NCBI GenBank assembly: GCA_026418175.1
Contig: JAOABX010000003.1
Location: forward strand, 117,084 to 181,083
Length of the DNA stretch: 64,000 nt
Origin: Flavobacteriales bacterium
Lineage (GTDB): Bacteria > Bacteroidota > Bacteroidia > CAIKAF01
Direction: 5' to 3'
The first letter of the stretch is position 1. Each line of letters opens with the position of its first letter. Below, in pieces: positions 9,799 through 18,210 of this stretch. The position numbers and the translations under genes were made by a program. The notes beneath the pieces are model-generated. The model was not told the origin of the DNA. It saw nothing but the letters and a program-made list of their open reading frames with translations, and searched no databases.

Positions 9799-10392
9799 TT
9801 AAGTCTTGAATAATTCTGTGGCATTTACTTCAATGGTTTCGATACTTTGAATTTTTTCCGGACTGCATATATGTGATGGGTGAGAAGGCGGGGTGGGTAA
9901 TTTATACAAATACCAAAATCCCTTCCGATCATCAATGGTGGCATAAGTTTGTTGAAGGCGAATACTGTGAAGCGGAATACGCATTCCTCTTCCGTCAGCT
10001 TTCATTACGGCTTCTTTCATGGTCCATGCATCAAAAAATCGTTCTTGCGGATCAGGTGCAGAAAGTATCCATTGCATTTCCTGAGGAGAAAATTGCTTGG
10101 TAAATTTTATAACATCAATGGGTCGAATTTTTTCGCAATCAATACCAATTAATCCATTTCCTTGTAGCACAGCACAAGCAACTACATGGCCCGAGTGTGT
10201 TATGTTAAATGGAAAAAACGAAGGAAGTTGGGGTTTACCCATCGTGTCAGGAATGTATTGTTCAAGGATTTTATGATTGAATTCCAGTTTATGGATTGCT
10301 TTTAAGAGTAATAATTTTCCTGCAAGAAGTCTAATCCGGTCATCGTTTTTTCGGTATTGAAAAATTTCTTCCCGAAGTTTTTCTGGCAACAA
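9799..10392 (-). CDS. 4'-phosphopantetheinyl transferase (Sfp/EntD-type)
   Basis: Motifs GIDCEKIR and WTMKEAVMKADG match the PPTase consensus (G-x-D...W-x-x-KEA-x-x-K). The reading frame is open upstream to 10473 with no ATG (LVLYTWIDNLDIQIEENW...), so the real start is probably a non-ATG codon; the track uses TTG at 10390-10392. Confidence 0.65.
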   Translation of the reverse strand: MLPEKLREEIFQYRKNDDRIRLLAGKLLLLKAIHKLEFNHKILEQYIPDTMGKPQLPSFFPFNITHSGHVVACAVLQGNGLIGIDCEKIRPIDVIKFTKQFSPQEMQWILSAPDPQERFFDAWTMKEAVMKADGRGMRIPLHSIRLQQTYATIDDRKGFWYLYKLPTPPSHPSHICSPEKIQSIETIEVNATELFKT

Positions 10393-10462
10393 TTGTAGCC
10401 AGTTCTCCTCAATCTGGATGTCCAGGTTATCAATCCAAGTATATAAAACCAGTGCTTTCAGG

Positions 10463-11158
10463 TCAGTATTTGCTCAGGGTTTGATTTATCATTCCACAAA
10501 GTTCTGCGATGTGATCAAAAATCCAAAAATGATCACCCTCCCAACGTTCAAATCGAAAATTGCCACTTGTTTCTTTTTTCCAATCTGTTAGCTGGTCATC
10601 CGGTACATTTTCACGGGTTCCGCAAATTACTGTCATATCCACCGGATAGGGTGGTTGTGGGATGTATTTATATGTATCAATGGCATCAAAATCAGACCGA
10701 ATTACCGGTAGAAAAATCTGAAGCAGTTCTTCGTTATTCAGCACAGCTTCTGGCATTCCTTTAAGTTCTTTTAAATGCGCTACAAATTCATCATTCGTCA
10801 TCAAACTGCGTTTCTTGTTGTAATTACGGCTGGGAGCAATTTTGCTGGTAAGAAACAAATGCTTGGGTAACGGAAGTTTGTCTTCCCTAATATGCTGGGT
10901 AATTAAATGAGCCAAATATGCCCCCATTGAATGGCCAAAAATGGCATACGGTTCTTTAATTTGAGGCTTAAATTGCTTGTAGTATTCATCAGCAATTAAG
11001 TATAAATTCTTCAACAAAGGCTCTTTTATTCTTCGGCCTTTGCCCGGAGCTTCTCCATTGATCATTTGAATAGCCGGATCAAGAAAGGGCTCAAATTTGG
11101 CATAGGAAGTTTCATTGCCTCCGCCAAACGGCAGCATAAATAATTGAAATTGCTTCAC
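10463..11158 (-). CDS. Type II thioesterase (alpha/beta hydrolase, GrsT/TEII-like)
   Basis: 231 aa; nucleophile elbow GHSMGAYLA; C-terminal GDHFW; size and layout typical of editing thioesterases of NRPS/PKS/fatty-acyl systems. Confidence 0.65.
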   Translation of the reverse strand: MKQFQLFMLPFGGGNETSYAKFEPFLDPAIQMINGEAPGKGRRIKEPLLKNLYLIADEYYKQFKPQIKEPYAIFGHSMGAYLAHLITQHIREDKLPLPKHLFLTSKIAPSRNYNKKRSLMTNDEFVAHLKELKGMPEAVLNNEELLQIFLPVIRSDFDAIDTYKYIPQPPYPVDMTVICGTRENVPDDQLTDWKKETSGNFRFERWEGDHFWIFDHIAELCGMINQTLSKY

Positions 11159-11217
11159 TGCAAGAGGTATTGTTTCTCTGCAAAAATAACAAACATGAAT
11201 AAGCTGTAATTTCTCCG

Positions 11218-13065
11218 TTAGTGAAGAATTAGTTTTTCTACATGTCGAAATCCATTGGAAGTAAATTCCATTAGATATATTCCTTTACGAATGCCTGAAA
11301 AGTCAAATGACTGTATAATGCTTCCCTTGGGATTAGCAATGAGTTCTTCATACACTTGCTCACCAAGCATATTGAAAACCCGAACTTGTAAATCATTATC
11401 AAGTAATTGGATATGCAAATTTACCAACCCTTGGGATGGATTTGGATATACAACTATCTGATTAGCTTCAAATGGATTTTCCAGGTTGAGATAAAACTGT
11501 ATGCAATTTGATGTGTCATAGCAGCCGGCAGTATTGGTTGCTACAAGGCAATAAGTGCCATTAAATGCTGGAGTATAAGTGGGTTGTATGCCTTCAGGAG
11601 CAGGAATAATACTATAATTGAATCCATTAAAATAAAGCCACTGGTAGGTGTAATTCCCACTCAAAGCGGTGGTGAGGGTTCCATTACCATTTACGCTAAT
11701 ACCCACATTCGAAAATCCGGGAGGCGGCATGGGTAATGCACTGATAGTAATAGGTTGGGTGGTAACGTTACATCCGGATATTGGGTTAATAATTTTTACT
11801 TTGTACGATCCTGGCTGCCCGGTTGTATAGGTATTTGAATTACCGGTTTGAACCGTTAATGTATCATTCAGGAACCATTCATACAGCATGCCCGGATATA
11901 CACTTAAAGTGGTTGTTTCGTAAGCACAAATAGCTTGCAAGGTGGCTTCAATTGTATCATTTACAGGGGTTGGGTAAATGCGAATGGTATCAGTAACTAT
12001 GATTTGATTTGCTTGGACTAATCCAATAGTAAAACTTGCTGTGTACCAATTGGGATGATTGATGTTGTAAGTTCCAGGCCCTGTTACAGTTCCTGCATAG
12101 GGCGCAGCAATATCGTTTTGACTTATGGCGTCTACTTCTGTTACGTTGAGTGAATAGGAAGTACCTGTTAATACAAAATTGATATTGTTCCAAGTTGGTA
12201 AACAGTTGTCAGAAATTTCGGGTCCATTCCAGCTAGAAGATCCGGTAGTGAATGTAGGGCGAAGATCAGCATTACCGTTCGAACAGTTTAATTCTTCAAT
12301 ATCTCCGCACCACCAAGTTTGACCACAGGCATTGATGGTGAGTGAATTTAAACGCATATTGAAAACAGTAGTAGTACATGTAACCGGATAGTTTCCGGGG
12401 GCAGGATAAAACTGCGGTGGAGGGTTTTGGCCGTTATATGTATTACCATTTCCAAAATCCCAACTCCACTGGGTGATTTGTGGTAATGGGAAATTTAATA
12501 AAGGCGAAAAAGTAACCCATGCAGAGTCACAGGCTTGCGATGGATTAAATGAAAAGCCGGCATTGCTACCGCTTCCAAGAGTAATTGATAACGGTAAGTT
12601 AAAAACTTGATTTTGCGACTGGTTTCCAATAGGAGTTGATACGGTTCCTCGAATGGTTATTACAACCGTATAATTTCCTTGTGAAATAGGAGTTCCACAG
12701 AAATTTATGCTGGCCAAAGTACCATTGGGTTGCGGATTATAGGTACAATTTCCCACATTACAATTCCATGAAATACCTGTTGGGAGTCCGGTTACATTTA
12801 AAATTTTCATTTCAATAAAATCCAACGAATCAAATAAGCCGCCTGATTGTACACTGGCATCTACTCTTCTGGGAGCCCAAAAAGATATGGTGTCGCTATA
12901 ATACTGACCAACTACGCCATTGTTTAGCACGCCACATGGCCCCATTGTATTAATACAGGCAGGATTAGGAGAACCATTACATTGACTGTAAGCCGAATAA
13001 ATAATAAATAAACTAAAACTTAAAATTAAAATGGATTTTAAATAAACATGTAAATTTTTTTTCAT
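11218..13065 (-). CDS. Secreted PKD-like repeat protein with a type A T9SS C-terminal sorting domain; paralog of 58521..60386
   Basis: Likely ATG at 13063-13065 (MKKNLHVYLKSILILSFSLFIIYSAYSQ signal peptide; the track start at 13071 is TTG). The C-terminus VVYPNPSQGLVNLHIQ...GIYLMEF is a T9SS CTD. Block-wise similarity to the 58521..60386 product (e.g. NAGFSFNPSQACDS vs NAGFSMAPPLGCEP; WSWDFGNGNTYNGQNPPPQFYPAPGNYPV vs YSWNFGNMTQSNAQNPPPVLYSTAGNYPV). Confidence 0.7.
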   Translation of the reverse strand: MKKNLHVYLKSILILSFSLFIIYSAYSQCNGSPNPACINTMGPCGVLNNGVVGQYYSDTISFWAPRRVDASVQSGGLFDSLDFIEMKILNVTGLPTGISWNCNVGNCTYNPQPNGTLASINFCGTPISQGNYTVVITIRGTVSTPIGNQSQNQVFNLPLSITLGSGSNAGFSFNPSQACDSAWVTFSPLLNFPLPQITQWSWDFGNGNTYNGQNPPPQFYPAPGNYPVTCTTTVFNMRLNSLTINACGQTWWCGDIEELNCSNGNADLRPTFTTGSSSWNGPEISDNCLPTWNNINFVLTGTSYSLNVTEVDAISQNDIAAPYAGTVTGPGTYNINHPNWYTASFTIGLVQANQIIVTDTIRIYPTPVNDTIEATLQAICAYETTTLSVYPGMLYEWFLNDTLTVQTGNSNTYTTGQPGSYKVKIINPISGCNVTTQPITISALPMPPPGFSNVGISVNGNGTLTTALSGNYTYQWLYFNGFNYSIIPAPEGIQPTYTPAFNGTYCLVATNTAGCYDTSNCIQFYLNLENPFEANQIVVYPNPSQGLVNLHIQLLDNDLQVRVFNMLGEQVYEELIANPKGSIIQSFDFSGIRKGIYLMEFTSNGFRHVEKLILH

Positions 13066-13071
13066 GGTCAA

Positions 13072-14190
13072 TTATATTTTAGTTATTAAAAATTTCTTTT
13101 TTGTTAATCTATCAACAATCCAAGCAATTAATAAATAAACAGGAGTAATTATAAAATAAAAGAACATGGACAAGAAAGTATATCCATGATATTTTGAAGC
13201 GTGTATGCCAATTACATAATCTATCAAAGGGAAAAAAGCCATATATGCAATAATTGTTATAAATGGGATGAGAAATGACCCTCCAATCATTACTGTATTA
13301 AATTTTTTATTTAAATATTCTTTTCTGTATTTAATAAAAGCAATATAGTGAATAGAAGAAAAAATTAAACCTAAAATAAGGGATAGGTAAAATGGAGAAA
13401 TTTTTATCAAAATGTTGGCCCAAAAGTTTGGCTTTGGATGTATTTCAATATTAATATAATCTTGCGGAACACCCGAAAAAACCCATTTGGCCTGGTATGG
13501 TAGCGTTCCTTCAGCTGGCTCACCTAAATTAGTTATCACGTGAGTTTTATCATTAGCAATTGTAAGGGTTACACTTATAATTCCGACTTTACTCCAATAC
13601 TTTGCAGGAGAAAGAGAATACTTAAAAATATATTCATTAATCCAATCGTTTCTGTCAATCGAAGCGGAAGTCCAATACGTTACTTCAATCTTGTGCATGC
13701 CACTATCTAAACTTAATTCAAAGTATTTCATGTCATGCAAATTCATTATTTCATAATCTTCATAATCACTCCATTTAACAATAGCTTTGGGTTCTCCGGT
13801 CAATTCTTCGGGTTTATAGAGATAATAAAACCCATAAAAATTGTTTGTATCTGGAATGTAAAAGCTTTCCGGAACATCTAAAAGTTCTATAGGCTTTTCA
13901 TCCACTTTAATAGTAAAATTACTTCTAAAGTTGTATGCTAAAAAAAGCATGGGAACTTGCTTTCCGCTTTTTTTGCAATCAATGAGGTAGTTAATTTTAA
14001 CAAATGCATTTTGTATATCGTTACTTACAGAAATATGGATATCTTCCATAACAATTTCCACATATCTACTTATGAAAGCAGATGTTCCATATTGACCTGT
14101 AATTATAGGATTAGCCATGTTGGCATATAAAAAGCTTTTATTATATAATAAAAGCAACGCCGGTAAAAGAGTTGATTTTATTAAATTCAT
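13072..14190 (-). CDS. Hypothetical membrane protein (signal peptide, ~250-aa exported domain, C-terminal cluster of about four TM helices)
   Basis: 372 aa; no recognisable motifs. Its stop at 13072-13074 abuts the start of the downstream T9SS cargo gene, suggesting coupling. Confidence 0.4.
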   Translation of the reverse strand: MNLIKSTLLPALLLLYNKSFLYANMANPIITGQYGTSAFISRYVEIVMEDIHISVSNDIQNAFVKINYLIDCKKSGKQVPMLFLAYNFRSNFTIKVDEKPIELLDVPESFYIPDTNNFYGFYYLYKPEELTGEPKAIVKWSDYEDYEIMNLHDMKYFELSLDSGMHKIEVTYWTSASIDRNDWINEYIFKYSLSPAKYWSKVGIISVTLTIANDKTHVITNLGEPAEGTLPYQAKWVFSGVPQDYINIEIHPKPNFWANILIKISPFYLSLILGLIFSSIHYIAFIKYRKEYLNKKFNTVMIGGSFLIPFITIIAYMAFFPLIDYVIGIHASKYHGYTFLSMFFYFIITPVYLLIAWIVDRLTKKKFLITKI

Positions 14191-14197
14191 GGATGGT

Positions 14198-15091
14198 TTA
14201 TAGTAATATTTTATTTAATAGAGATTCGTTTTTCCTCCACTCGGGCTTTACCTTTACATTCAAAGATAAATAAACTTTTTGATTCAAAAATTTTTCTAGA
14301 GCCAATCGGGCTTCTGTGCCGGTTTTTTTTAATGCTTTTCCATTTTTACCAATAATGATGGCTTTCTGGCTTTCTTTTTCAACCCAAATTTCTGCATCTA
14401 TTCGTGTGATGTTGACTTCTTCTTTAAATGATAAAATAGCAACATGGGAACTGTATGGAATTTCCTGGCTATAATTTTCCAGTATTTTTTCCCGAATTAT
14501 TTCAGAAGCAAAAAACCGTAAATGCCTATTACTTATGTCTTCTTTATCAAAATAAGGGGGGTGCTCAGGAAGTAATTTTAATATGGTTTGAAAAAGCTCA
14601 TAGGTATTAAATTGATGAAGTGCAGATATTGCCAAAATTTCGGCTTTGGGGAATAAAATCCGAATTTTTTTTCCAAATATTTGAACAGCATCCTGGCTCA
14701 AGTTATCTATTTTATTTATGGCAATTACTACTGGAATATTGGTTTTTTGTAATTGATTGATTACAGAAAGAAAAGTGTCGCCTCCCTGAGTAATTGAATC
14801 TGGGTCGGTGGCGTCTAATACAAGCAAAAACACATCGGCATCAGAAAGAGATTCTTGCACCAGGTCCATCATTTTTTCCTGAAGTTTATATGCGGGTTCA
14901 ATAATACCCGGAGAGTCAGAAAAAATTACCTGATGATTTTCATCGTTATAAATGCCCAATATTCGGTGCCGGGTAGTTTGTGCTTTGGAGGTTACAATAG
15001 AGAGTCTTTCGCCCAACAAGGCGTTCATTAAGGTAGATTTTCCGGCATTGGGCTTGCCTAGGATATTAACATAACCAGCTTTATGACCCAT
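14198..15091 (-). CDS. era: GTPase Era
   Basis: G1 GKPNAGKST, G3 DSPG, G4 NKID; C-terminal KH domain; 297 aa. Confidence 0.9.
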   Translation of the reverse strand: MGHKAGYVNILGKPNAGKSTLMNALLGERLSIVTSKAQTTRHRILGIYNDENHQVIFSDSPGIIEPAYKLQEKMMDLVQESLSDADVFLLVLDATDPDSITQGGDTFLSVINQLQKTNIPVVIAINKIDNLSQDAVQIFGKKIRILFPKAEILAISALHQFNTYELFQTILKLLPEHPPYFDKEDISNRHLRFFASEIIREKILENYSQEIPYSSHVAILSFKEEVNITRIDAEIWVEKESQKAIIIGKNGKALKKTGTEARLALEKFLNQKVYLSLNVKVKPEWRKNESLLNKILL

Positions 15092-15099
15092 TTGAAATT

Positions 15100-15129
15100 T
15101 TGCAATAAAGATAATTTATATTATTTTTG
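15100..15129 (+). promoter_or_regulatory. Candidate Bacteroidota sigma-A promoter for the tRNA (-33 TTG at 15100-15102, -7 TAtttTTG at 15122-15129)
   Basis: Matches the Bacteroidetes -33 TTG / -7 TAnnTTTG consensus with a 19-bp spacer; the predicted transcription start lies a few nt upstream of the mature tRNA 5' end at 15144. Confidence 0.3.
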
Positions 15130-15143
15130 TACCCACATTACAT

Positions 15144-15216
15144 TGCGGGGTGGAGAAGTTGGTATCTCGTCGGGCTCATAACCCGAAGGCCGCTGGTTCG
15201 AGTCCAGCCCCCGCTA
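15144..15216 (+). tRNA. tRNA-Met (anticodon CAT), probably initiator tRNA-fMet
   Basis: Hand-folded cloverleaf: acceptor tgcgggg / ccccgct with an unpaired 1:72 (T.T); D-stem gaga / tctc; anticodon arm tcggg-CTCATAA-cccga with three consecutive G-C pairs next to the loop (an initiator hallmark); 5-nt variable loop; T-arm gctgg-TTCGAGT-ccagc; discriminator A; CCA not encoded. Confidence 0.8.
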
Positions 15217-15226
15217 CTAAATTTAA

Positions 15227-15252
15227 GCCGGTTTTACCGGCTTTTTATTTTT
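15227..15252 (+). terminator. Rho-independent terminator after the tRNA
   Basis: Hairpin gccgg-tttta-ccggc followed by TTTTTATTTTT. Confidence 0.6.
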
Positions 15253-15654
15253 AAACCACATATTTTCAATTTTGAATTGTTTGAATTCAGACAATTAACA
15301 ACATTTCATCTGTTTAATACCGAACATTCGAACTAATAGCACAACAAAAAAATTTTCTTAGCCATTACCATGCAAATATTAGCCAAGGCAGATAGTCTTA
15401 TTGAAGATAATAAATAGTGTATGAGGCTCTGAATGCATGAAGTATTAAAGTGAGGGCCTAGAAAATTTATAAAGCGATAGTAAAAGCAAGTAATAGGGAG
15501 TTAGGCTAATAAAAACGAAATGTTGTCTGTAAAATCCAACAAAACACATTGTTTTCAATATGCCTTTGACATTTTCTTTTAACGTTAATTTACATGAGTA
15601 ACCTACAGAATATCTTAATTTCGCGTAATGGCATTTGAGGTATAGAAACATATC

Positions 15655-17808
15655 ATGTTGAAGCAGATTAAAAAAATTATAAAAGTAACCGGAATTGGTT
15701 TTCTTATTTCAATAGCTCTGCTTTTCATATCCATGATTTTGTTACAGTTTGTTTTTTATCATCAGGTTTCCGGCAGACTAAAACAAATAATCGAGGGGAA
15801 CGAAGATATATCTATCCAAGTGGGTAGCCTGAATTTTAATCTATTTAAAGGGAATATTGCACTTACCCAGGTAATAGTCCATGATACTTCAGGCTTTTTT
15901 TATGTGGCTTGTGATTCAATGCTAATTAAAGGGATTAATCCAATTCCTCTTATTTTTAACAATACGCTTAGCATACATAAACTCCTTTTATCTAATGGTA
16001 GTATTGAAGTTAATACCAATAAAAAGAGTTTCAATATTGAAAAAAGGAAATCTTCCTGGATAGTTCATAAAACATTCATAAAAAATTTTGATGTTAAAAT
16101 TAATCATCCGCAAGTTGCAGTTCGACTCAAACTAGGGGCGTTTCAAACAGAGAAAGTCAATTCACGTAGTACAAAATTTTTACCTTTCAGTGTTGCAGAT
16201 GCTACAATATCCAATATTTTACTGAGTCGGGAAGAAAATTTTTTCTCACTGGATAGTATTCATATTCATTTAAAGGATGACTTATCCTCTATTCAGTTAA
16301 AAAATTTCAATGTTCTTGCGTTATCAAAAGTTTTAAAAAAAAGCTATGATACAGTTGTTTCACCGGTTAATGAATTTATAATTGATAAAATACAGATAGG
16401 CATTCCGGTTTATTATTTTAAATATGCTGATTTAAATAAGATACCAAGCATTGAAATTCCATTTTTGCATGTTAATGGCTTGCTAGTTAATTTGCAAAAA
16501 TATACCGAAGCCTTCAAAACGAAATCATCGGTTGTGTTTAATTCATTCCCGTTTGATTTTAATGTAAAGGAATTGATGATTCATAATGGAAGATTAAAGG
16601 TTTTGCATGATTCAATTATTCAGTTTGATTTTCTATTAAAATATTTAAAAGCAAGAAATTTACGAACAGATGCAACGTATAAAATTTATCCTTTAATAGC
16701 TGATGCAGTTGATGTTTCATTAAATGATATTTATTTTGGATTTAAAGATCAAATGCATCAAATAAATATTCATAAATTAAATTATGCTTCCGGGCAGAAC
16801 AGATTTCAAGCCGATAAAATAAATATTGGATCTTCGTTAGAAACGGAGGAATATTTTAAGCTGAAAAAATTTCAAACAGATATGCCTTCATTTGCATTAG
16901 GCACTATGGTGCTTGATGGATTAAATATATCAGCCCTTTTAAATAATAATCAATTTGTTTTTCGTAAAGTATGGGCTGATACCTTGGAATTAAAAATGAC
17001 AAGGGATAAAAATTATCCCTACGATTTAAAGAATTTTCCCCCAATGATTCAGGATCAAATTCTACAATTACCATTTATATTTTCTGTAGATACTGTATCA
17101 GTACAACATGGAGAAATAACTTATTATGAAATTCCGCAAGGAGCTACTCTTGATGATGCCGGAATGTTTCAGTTTACATCCGCCTCGCTAAATATGTATC
17201 AATGTACCAATGACACAAACAGGTTGCATCATAATGATACCTTGATGATACATTTTCGAGGTAAACTATATGGGCAAGGAGTTCTTAATGTTTTTGTTGA
17301 TATTCCGCTGCTTTCCAAATCATATTGGCATCGGGTGTATGGAACTATCGGAAAGTTTAATGCCCGTGAATTTAATCGTATTACCGTACCTGCAGTAGGT
17401 GTAAAATTAAAAGGTACAGTGAATGGGGGAGAATTTTATTTTGAAGCTAACAATGAATTTTCAACCGGGAATGTGGAATTATTGTTTGAAAAATTAAAAG
17501 TATCGGTACTTACTCAAACCGGTAGTGCAGCTAAATCACAAACAGATATATTAAAATCACTTGTAGCCAATGTGTTTATGGTACACGATAATCCTGAGCC
17601 AGGAAAAGAAGTAATGGTTGGAAAGATATACTATAAACGGAATGTGAATCGCTGGATGATAAATTTTTGGTGGAAGAGTTTACTGCAGGGTGTTCGTTCC
17701 ATTGTATTTGCCAAAGAGGTACAGCTTCGTGAGATGTCAGCATCTTTTAATGAATATAAAAAATTGCGTAAACAACGCGAAGAAATGGACCAATTAATGC
17801 AAGAATAA
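15655..17808 (+). CDS. Membrane-anchored large exported protein, possibly AsmA-like / DUF748-type outer-membrane biogenesis protein
   Basis: 717 aa; a single N-terminal TM anchor (GIGFLISIALLFISMILLQFVFY) then a long low-complexity region predicted as beta-rich. First gene of a tightly spaced three-gene + strand operon. The family assignment is weak. Confidence 0.3.
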   Translation: MLKQIKKIIKVTGIGFLISIALLFISMILLQFVFYHQVSGRLKQIIEGNEDISIQVGSLNFNLFKGNIALTQVIVHDTSGFFYVACDSMLIKGINPIPLIFNNTLSIHKLLLSNGSIEVNTNKKSFNIEKRKSSWIVHKTFIKNFDVKINHPQVAVRLKLGAFQTEKVNSRSTKFLPFSVADATISNILLSREENFFSLDSIHIHLKDDLSSIQLKNFNVLALSKVLKKSYDTVVSPVNEFIIDKIQIGIPVYYFKYADLNKIPSIEIPFLHVNGLLVNLQKYTEAFKTKSSVVFNSFPFDFNVKELMIHNGRLKVLHDSIIQFDFLLKYLKARNLRTDATYKIYPLIADAVDVSLNDIYFGFKDQMHQINIHKLNYASGQNRFQADKINIGSSLETEEYFKLKKFQTDMPSFALGTMVLDGLNISALLNNNQFVFRKVWADTLELKMTRDKNYPYDLKNFPPMIQDQILQLPFIFSVDTVSVQHGEITYYEIPQGATLDDAGMFQFTSASLNMYQCTNDTNRLHHNDTLMIHFRGKLYGQGVLNVFVDIPLLSKSYWHRVYGTIGKFNAREFNRITVPAVGVKLKGTVNGGEFYFEANNEFSTGNVELLFEKLKVSVLTQTGSAAKSQTDILKSLVANVFMVHDNPEPGKEVMVGKIYYKRNVNRWMINFWWKSLLQGVRSIVFAKEVQLREMSASFNEYKKLRKQREEMDQLMQE

Positions 17809-17811
17809 TAC

Positions 17812-18201
17812 ATGAAAAAAAAAGAAGTTTCACCGTATAATCAATCATTAAGTGAATTCAACAACAATCGAGAATTAGTTATAGGCACCATTTTTCAAAT
17901 AAATAAGGATTTTGCTTCATTGGGAGTAAATATTTCGGAATCTCTCCAAGCCAATGTATATCAAGTTATTTTTGATACCTTACGACCTTTGCTGGAAGAA
18001 CTATACGAGAATCAGCTTGAAAAATTTTATGGACTGATGTACACCATTGATGTTGACCATTCAAAAATAGATAAAGCATTTTTAAAACCAACCCTATCAT
18101 TGGCGTACGATGAAATCACTGATTTGGTTATACAACGTGAAATTTTGAAAGTAGCTACCCGAATTTGGTACAAAAATCAAAATCCTGCTCAGGAGATTTG
18201 A
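17812..18201 (+). CDS. Hypothetical small cytoplasmic protein
   Basis: 129 aa; ATG 3 nt after the upstream stop; no motifs recognised. Confidence 0.35.
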   Translation: MKKKEVSPYNQSLSEFNNNRELVIGTIFQINKDFASLGVNISESLQANVYQVIFDTLRPLLEELYENQLEKFYGLMYTIDVDHSKIDKAFLKPTLSLAYDEITDLVIQREILKVATRIWYKNQNPAQEI

Positions 18202-18210
18202 TTACATTTG

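Noticed and set aside
9873-10152. Antisense ORFs within the PPTase gene (9873..10103, 9949..10152); similarly 10567..10764, 11255..11461, 11990..12193, 17631..17813, 18359..18964, 19636..19824, 21150..21926, 22523..22705, 24637..24852, 26855..27184, 28256..28525, 29083..29474, 30612..30882, 35463..35648, 36108..36308, 37820..38032, 38651..38857, 39392..39574, 40759..41135, 41907..42131, 42375..42663, 43342..43533, 43665..44148, 45632..46270, 46735..47071, 47133..47489, 48003..48185, 50779..51099, 52182..52435, 52873..53157, 53270..53833, 54431..54625, 55730..55939, 57129..58221, 61473..61655, 62295..62546
   Set aside because: All are short (60-125 aa), lie inside or antisense to longer ORFs with clear homology or architecture, and show no motifs. 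They were treated as non-coding shadow ORFs.
15127-15336. 69-aa + strand ORF overlapping the tRNA-Met gene and its terminator
   Set aside because: The tRNA cloverleaf and terminator explain this sequence. The ORF has no start context and is an artefact.
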